Part shown: positions 58,296-64,000 of the stretch, in pieces | Layout of the letters: each line of letters opens with the position of its first letter | Numbering within the stretch: position 1 is the stretch's first letter | NCBI GenBank assembly: GCA_965277405.1 | Contig: OZ255726.1 | Location: 448,001-512,000 of the forward strand | Direction: 5' to 3' | Source: Gammaproteobacteria bacterium | Lineage (GTDB): Bacteria; Pseudomonadota; Gammaproteobacteria; G965277405 | Length of the DNA: 64,000 nucleotides | Program-made: the position numbers and the translations under genes | Notes under the pieces: generated by a model | Told to the model about the DNA's origin: nothing | What the model saw: only the letters and a program-made list of their open reading frames with translations | The model's database searches: none

Positions 58296-59507
58296 ATGAA
58301 AAATTTTATAACAACAAGAGTACTGGCGCTAGCCACCATACTCATTGCTAGCACATCTTTTGCAGACACCAAGATCGGAGCAATCTTTGATTTGACTGGT
58401 GGTCTGAATATCTATGGTATTCAACAAAACAATGCCTTAAATTTGGCTGTTGCCAACATTAACGCAAATGGAGGTGTTCTTGGAGAACCAGTAAGCGTTG
58501 TCGGTTACGATGGACAATCGGAATTGAGCAAATACACCCAATACGCAAAGACATCTGTTCTTCGTGATGGCATCTCAGCGATGTTTGCTGGTCTGACCAG
58601 TTCTTCACGTGAAGCCATTCGCCCAATCTTCCGTAAAGCAAATATCCCATACTTTTATTCTTCACTGTATGAAGGCGGTGCCTGCGATAAGCAAACATTT
58701 GTGACTGGATCAAGCGCATCACAACAGTTGAATGTTTTGATCAAATGGGCTGTCGAGCATTATGGCAAAAGAATCTACATCATGGCGCCAGACTATAACT
58801 TCGGTACGATTTCAGGTCACTGGATTCACGAATATGCCAAACAAAATGGCGCAGAAGTTGTCGGTGAAGATTATCTGGCGTTGTCTGTCACAGATTACGC
58901 TCCAACAATCCAAAAAATTCAAGCGGCAAAGCCAGACTTTGTAGCGGCTCTTCCAGTTGGTGCTAACCAAACTGGATTTCTTGAGCAATTTGCTGCGGCG
59001 GGACTAAAAGATAATATAGGCCTTGTTTCAACAAACTATGGCTCTGGTAACCAACAAGTTGTTGTCTCTCCTGAGGCAGGCGCAGGTCTGATTTCAAGCA
59101 TGAGTTATTTCCCAGCTGTAGACAGCAAGGAAAACGCCAGCTTCCTCAAAATGTGGCGCGCTAAATATGGTAATAAAACCCCAGTTGTTTCTGGTGCGGT
59201 TGACACATGGAACGCGGTGCATCTTTGGGCTTTGGCAGTGAACAAAGCAGGTAAAACCGAATCAGACGCGGTAATTGCGGCACTTGAAAGCGGTATTTAT
59301 TTTGATGCTCCAAATGGTAAAGTCACACTAGAAGCTGGTTCTCACCACCTCCGTCAAGATATTTACATCGCAGCAGGTGATAAGAAACATGGTTTTAAAA
59401 TACTCCAAACTTTTGCCGATTCGCCACCAACCTACGAGAACGAAAAATGTGATCTTGTCGCCAACCCAGCAACTGTTGAACATTATTCTCCCGAAGATAA
59501 TCTCTGA
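58296..59507 (+). CDS. Urea/short-amide ABC transporter substrate-binding protein (UrtA/AmiC-like)
   Basis: Signal peptide; TSSSREAIRP, YEGG, DYNFG. Confidence 0.85.
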   Translation: MKNFITTRVLALATILIASTSFADTKIGAIFDLTGGLNIYGIQQNNALNLAVANINANGGVLGEPVSVVGYDGQSELSKYTQYAKTSVLRDGISAMFAGLTSSSREAIRPIFRKANIPYFYSSLYEGGACDKQTFVTGSSASQQLNVLIKWAVEHYGKRIYIMAPDYNFGTISGHWIHEYAKQNGAEVVGEDYLALSVTDYAPTIQKIQAAKPDFVAALPVGANQTGFLEQFAAAGLKDNIGLVSTNYGSGNQQVVVSPEAGAGLISSMSYFPAVDSKENASFLKMWRAKYGNKTPVVSGAVDTWNAVHLWALAVNKAGKTESDAVIAALESGIYFDAPNGKVTLEAGSHHLRQDIYIAAGDKKHGFKILQTFADSPPTYENEKCDLVANPATVEHYSPEDNL

Positions 59508-59561
59508 TTAACTAGCTGATGGTGCGAGTTTGCCTGCAATTGCTGATGATTGCAAGGCGCA
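59499..59561 (+). mobile_element. MITE left-end fragment overlapping the binding-protein stop codon
   Basis: AATCTCTGATTAACTAGCTGATGGTGCGAGTTTGCCTGCAATTGCTGATGATTGCAAGGCGCA. Confidence 0.85.
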
Positions 59562-59580
59562 TCCCTGTAGAGAGGAAAAT

Positions 59581-60447
59581 ATGGAAGTTGATTATCTGCT
59601 AACGGTATTGCTGTCATCACTTTCGAGTGCTGCTATTTTGCTAATCACGACAATCGGACTCGCTGTAGTTTACGGGCTTATGGGCGTTATCAATCTCGCT
59701 CATGGGGAATTTTTAATGGTCGGCGCTTATGCAGCGCTGACAGCCACTCAAATCGGTGTTCCTTATCCATTAGCAATCATCATAGCCGTCTGCGTGACTA
59801 TGGTGATTGGAGCTATTGTTGAATTGCTCATCATCAGGCGACTGTATGGTCGCTTGTTTGACACCATGTTGGCAACTTGGGGATTGGGTATGGTGTTTAA
59901 CCAAGGGGCAGTTCTGTTATTTGGTACGGTTTCTCCAGGTATTGGTATGCCGCAAATCAATTTTAAAATCGGTTACTATAGCCTCGCAGCATATCCGATT
60001 GCGATGATATTCGTCGCCGCTATCATGCTAGCATTCGTGTATTTGTTGATGACTAAAACACTGTATGGCATGCAAGCACGTGCTGCTATTCAAGAACCAC
60101 AGATGGCTCAGACTATCGGTATTGATGCCTCACGAGTCAACACCCTCACATTCGCTATTGGTTGTGGTCTGGCTGGATTTGCTGGGGCAATTCTTCTTCC
60201 TATTATTCCAGCAACACCATCCATGGGTCTCTTCTTCGCCGTGAAAGCCTTCCTGACGGTTGTGGTGGCTGGATCTGTCGCCCTAACGGGTAGCGCCGTT
60301 ACCGCATTGGCACTTGGTGGCGGTGCATCTGTAACGGCGAGCTTCTTGACATCTGTGATGGGCGACGTCTTCTTTTTCTTAATGACTGCATTGCTTCTTT
60401 GGCTATATCCAACTGGTATTTCGCCCAACTGGCGCCGCAAACTGTAG
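59581..60447 (+). CDS. ABC permease (UrtB/LivH-like)
   Basis: GLMGVINLAHGEF, TMLATWG; start ATG 59581 after GAGG. Confidence 0.88.
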   Translation: MEVDYLLTVLLSSLSSAAILLITTIGLAVVYGLMGVINLAHGEFLMVGAYAALTATQIGVPYPLAIIIAVCVTMVIGAIVELLIIRRLYGRLFDTMLATWGLGMVFNQGAVLLFGTVSPGIGMPQINFKIGYYSLAAYPIAMIFVAAIMLAFVYLLMTKTLYGMQARAAIQEPQMAQTIGIDASRVNTLTFAIGCGLAGFAGAILLPIIPATPSMGLFFAVKAFLTVVVAGSVALTGSAVTALALGGGASVTASFLTSVMGDVFFFLMTALLLWLYPTGISPNWRRKL

Positions 60448-60459
60448 CTGCGTAAATCA

Positions 60460-62271
60460 ATGTTTGAAAAACTCTACCATACGGCGGGGCTGGTTTTTCC
60501 AATCATCGCAACGATCATTGCGCTCGCTATTTCTAGCAGTCTTGACCCTTATCTAGCTTTTGTTGCTACTTCATGGATTATTTTTGGTCTGCTCGCGCTA
60601 AGTCTTGATGTAATTTGGGGTCGTGGTGGCTTGCTCAGTCTGGCGCAGACTGCCTTTTATGGTTTGGGGGGTTATTGCGGCAGTATCATCGCTGTCAACA
60701 TGGCTCCATCGGCAGGGATGACACTGTTGTTTGCCTTGCCAGCTGGTGCGGTATTTGGGGCTATGATGGCATTTGCCCTCGGTTATATCATTTTCTTTGC
60801 AAGAATGGGTGAGCTACAAAGTGCCATTCTATCCTACACCTTCACGCTGCTGCTGTGGTCAGTCACACAGACTTTCAAAATTAAGATCGGCGCTGCCATC
60901 ATTGGTGGCGACAATGGGTTCTCCAATATCCCAGGCATCATTCTTGGGTTTGAAGCAGACGCTGAATCACTAGCACCGAATGCAGCGTTTGCTGCCGTGG
61001 TGATTATCGCCGCAATCATCTATTTTTTCACAAGATGGTTGATGCATAGCAATTTTGGACGCATCGTTGCTTGCATTCGCGTCGATGTCGAAAAAACTGA
61101 ATTACTCGGTTATGATATCCGCAAATACCAGCTTGCCAACTTCGCCTATTCTGGGGCCATTGCTGGCATTGCGGGTTCACTTTTTGCGCTTTGGGCCAAC
61201 TATTTAAATCCATCCATTTTCTCGGTTCAAGAAGCATTGCTCGTTCCTATTTACGTTCTTGTTGGAGGTCTTGGTACGCTGGCTGGACCGTTTCTAGGCG
61301 CCCTTGCCATCGGTGCTTTGTCATTTTGGCTTGGCAGTGGCGCGGCAAGTGGTCAGACAACGTTGATTCTAGGTGCAGTATTGATCTTGCTGGTGCTGTT
61401 CCTACAAAACGGCATCTTGGGTGCTATCGGAGGATACTGGAAACGTTTCCTCCCCGATCCAAATGCTGCTGTCAGAAATGCAGGCGCCGTAAAAATTGAT
61501 ACCGAAGTGCTGGAAAACATTCTAAAAGATGCGGCTGAGCAAGCAGGCCCTGCCAAGAAACTTGATAGTGTAGAATTATTCAAACAATTTGGCGGCATTA
61601 CCGCAGTCAACAAGGTCAGTCTAAGTTTTTCTTCTGGTAGGCCTTATGCGTTGATTGGTCCCAATGGCGCTGGCAAAAGCTCATATTTGAAGACCTGCGT
61701 GGGTATCTATCGGTCCGCAGGAGGAATGATCAAATTAGGCGATGAGGACATCACCAAGGCTGCTATTTTTAAACGAGTGCGCCAGGGCATGGGTGTTAAA
61801 AACCAAAATCCGCAAGTCTTTGGTGAAATTACAGTCCTAGATAATCTCTGGACAGCTGCCTTTGCTCGAACACGCAACACAGATCAAGCCATGGCAGTAA
61901 GCCAGAAAATTCTAAGCATGCTGGGGATGAAAAATCAGGCTGATGTTGCCGCATCAGCCCTCTCTCATGGCCAACAACAATGGCTTGATATTGGCATGGT
62001 GCTGTGTTTGGCTCCGCGGGTGGTTCTTCTTGATGAACCGGCGGCGGGCATGACCAATGAAGAAACGCGCGAACTTTCATTATTGGTCAGAACCTTAGCA
62101 AAACATACTACCGTTGTGGTGGTGGAACACGACATGGAGTTTGTGCGCACACTCAAAGGCCACGTTACAGTGCTTCATCAAGGCAAGCTTTTTGCTGAAG
62201 GAGATATTGAAACGCTGCGCTGCAACGACGCTGTTCTCGATATTTACCTCGGCAGACGCACCCATGCTTAA
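60460..62271 (+). CDS. Fused ABC permease-ATPase (UrtC/LivM + UrtD/LivG)
   Basis: Hydrophobic N-half (SLAQTAFYGLGGY); C-half GPNGAGKS, LSHGQQQWL, LLDEPAAG, VEHD. Confidence 0.88.
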   Translation: MFEKLYHTAGLVFPIIATIIALAISSSLDPYLAFVATSWIIFGLLALSLDVIWGRGGLLSLAQTAFYGLGGYCGSIIAVNMAPSAGMTLLFALPAGAVFGAMMAFALGYIIFFARMGELQSAILSYTFTLLLWSVTQTFKIKIGAAIIGGDNGFSNIPGIILGFEADAESLAPNAAFAAVVIIAAIIYFFTRWLMHSNFGRIVACIRVDVEKTELLGYDIRKYQLANFAYSGAIAGIAGSLFALWANYLNPSIFSVQEALLVPIYVLVGGLGTLAGPFLGALAIGALSFWLGSGAASGQTTLILGAVLILLVLFLQNGILGAIGGYWKRFLPDPNAAVRNAGAVKIDTEVLENILKDAAEQAGPAKKLDSVELFKQFGGITAVNKVSLSFSSGRPYALIGPNGAGKSSYLKTCVGIYRSAGGMIKLGDEDITKAAIFKRVRQGMGVKNQNPQVFGEITVLDNLWTAAFARTRNTDQAMAVSQKILSMLGMKNQADVAASALSHGQQQWLDIGMVLCLAPRVVLLDEPAAGMTNEETRELSLLVRTLAKHTTVVVVEHDMEFVRTLKGHVTVLHQGKLFAEGDIETLRCNDAVLDIYLGRRTHA

Positions 62272-62962
62272 AATTATCAATGCCACCGGTGGATATGGTA
62301 AAACAACTATCATTCGAGATGTCTCGTTACAAGTTAAAACTGGAGAAGTGGTAGCACTGCTAGGTCGTAACGGTGTAGGTAAATCTACGTTGCTGCGCTT
62401 TGCTACGGCCCTGATTCAAGCAACATCTGGCGAAGTTGAAATTTGCGGGGTAACAGCTCCAGCCTCGCCAGTTAAACGAGCCCGCCTCGGGCTGGGCTAT
62501 GTACCACAAGGTCGGTTTGTATTTCCACGCATGACAGTCACAGAGAACATCGCGGTTGCCGCCGCTACGAACGGATTTGACGCCAATCAAACCGTCGCAG
62601 CGATGATGGCTGATTTTCCGCTGCTCGCCCCAAAGGCATCCGACTTGGCAGGTGGGCTATCTGGCGGACAACAACAGATTCTTGCCTTGGCCAGAGCACT
62701 GGCCATCCGTCCAAAGATATTGCTGTTGGATGAACCTACAGAAGGTGTGCAACCATCGATTATTGATGAAATGGCAACGATCTTAACAAGAATCAATCAA
62801 GAACGAAAAATCGCAATTTTGATAGCTGAGCAAAATCTTGACTTCTGTCTTGCGATTGCGCAACACGCTTACATCATGGAAAAAGGTTCGATTCGTATGG
62901 AAACAAACCGAGATAGCCTGCGCAAAGATAAAGCACTCCAACAACAATTGCTTGGGGTTTGA
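62264..62962 (+). CDS. ABC ATPase (UrtE/LivF-like)
   Basis: GRNGVGKST, VPQGR, LSGGQQQ, LLDEPTEG; start ATG 62264. Confidence 0.9.
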   Translation: MLKIINATGGYGKTTIIRDVSLQVKTGEVVALLGRNGVGKSTLLRFATALIQATSGEVEICGVTAPASPVKRARLGLGYVPQGRFVFPRMTVTENIAVAAATNGFDANQTVAAMMADFPLLAPKASDLAGGLSGGQQQILALARALAIRPKILLLDEPTEGVQPSIIDEMATILTRINQERKIAILIAEQNLDFCLAIAQHAYIMEKGSIRMETNRDSLRKDKALQQQLLGV

Positions 62963-64000
62963 TATCAATATTGAGGTAAAACTGATACGGGACCAAGAAC
63001 CTGCTCACCATTTTATACCCGAGGCATTTGATGCTGAAAAAAATGAAAGCTTAACCGAACAAATCACCGCTTTAGCCAATGAGACGAGCACGCCAACCTC
63101 ACTGTCTGAACGTGCGCTTGAACGTGCCATCCACTTTAAAAGCTTGAATGCTTTTGTCTCGCTTGAGGAGTCGGTTGTTCTTGCTCAGGCTGAAAAGGCA
63201 ACCATGAGACGAAAAAAGGGTAGACCCCTCAGCTTAATTGACGGCATTCCAATTGCCGTCAAGGACAACTACCTCACCAGAGACTATCCAACGACCGCAT
63301 GTTCTAATGCGGCACCTTTAGAATATACAGGAGTCGATGCAACAATTGTTGCAAATCTGCGCGCTGCAGGCGCAGTCATCTTTGCCAAAACCAACATGCA
63401 TGAATGGGCATACGGCGCCACCAACAATACGTCGAACATTGGTATCACGCGCAATCCCCATAATCCTGAGCACATCACAGGAGGAAGCAGCGGCGGTTCT
63501 GGTGCAGCTGTCGGTGCGGGTATTGTTGCTGCGGCATTGGGAAGTGATACTGGCGGCTCTGTGCGCATTCCGTCTGCAGCGTGTGGTATCTACGGATTCA
63601 AACCCAGCTACGGGCGGGCATCGCGCCACGGCGTGCTCCCGCTCAGTTGCTCGCTTGATGCTCCTGGACCGATGACTACGGCCTTGGCTGACATCATCCA
63701 CCTCCTTCCATATTTTTTTGGTGTTGATCCAAACGATGCATCGACGGCTCACACCCTTGATTTTAACCCTGTTGCCGCGATCAAAAAACCCAAACTGGTG
63801 AATTTGGTTGGTCCAGGATTGGAGCGATGTTGCGAAGTCGATCGAGCCATCGCAGCGGCTTTGTCTGGGTGTGATGTTGCTGTCGAGAATAGCGAACTGG
63901 CAAATATTGGTCATTATTTTGCAGCGTGGGACGTAATCCTGCACTGCGAGGCGTCTGCTTATCACAGCATTCTTATGAAGAAAAACCCCGCTGGTTTTTC
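62952..64000 (+). CDS. Amidase-signature enzyme (runs off the window end; start uncertain)
   Basis: Manual translation: DGIPIAVKDN, KTNMHEWAYG, TGGSSGGSGAAV, GSDTGGSVRIPSAACG. Confidence 0.9.
   Translation, partial: MGFDINIEVKLIRDQEPAHHFIPEAFDAEKNESLTEQITALANETSTPTSLSERALERAIHFKSLNAFVSLEESVVLAQAEKATMRRKKGRPLSLIDGIPIAVKDNYLTRDYPTTACSNAAPLEYTGVDATIVANLRAAGAVIFAKTNMHEWAYGATNNTSNIGITRNPHNPEHITGGSSGGSGAAVGAGIVAAALGSDTGGSVRIPSAACGIYGFKPSYGRASRHGVLPLSCSLDAPGPMTTALADIIHLLPYFFGVDPNDASTAHTLDFNPVAAIKKPKLVNLVGPGLERCCEVDRAIAAALSGCDVAVENSELANIGHYFAAWDVILHCEASAYHSILMKKNPAGF

Noticed and set aside
59530-59580. N-terminal extension of the UrtB-like permease in the ORF track
   Set aside because: The TTG start lies in the MITE fragment; ATG 59581 has a proper RBS.

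Overview
Bacterial chromosomal DNA, most likely from a gammaproteobacterium (sspA, FabY-type ketosynthase, gammaproteobacterial 6S RNA and L25 leader). The gene order is heavily shuffled, which suggests a host-associated lineage (inference). Housekeeping genes include dapB, hisD, rplM-rpsI, sspA, nth, rpoZ-rpmH-rnpA-yidD-yidC-mnmE, tilS, prs-rplY-pth-ychF, rplU-rpmA-obgE-ribB and cysM, plus tRNA-His and 6S RNA. They are interspersed with uptake modules (TAXI-TRAP, glycerol-type ABC, urea/amide-type ABC plus amidase), IS481 and IS3 remnants, a Phd/ParE pair, and about 12 full or partial copies of a ~290-bp IS5-like MITE (TIR GGAAGCTCTGATTAA). The most notable region is an AT-rich type I restriction-modification island at 8.2-15.8 kb, ordered hsdM - HEPN - [MNT nucleotidyltransferase fused to HsdS] - hairpin RNA + AbiF/Abi_2 HEPN - hsdR. 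Two toxin-antitoxin modules are thus built into the RM operon, one antitoxin is fused to the specificity subunit, and both toxins look disarmed (R-x4-H lost in one, a 1-nt frameshift in the other). All calls come from reading motifs by eye; no database searches were run.
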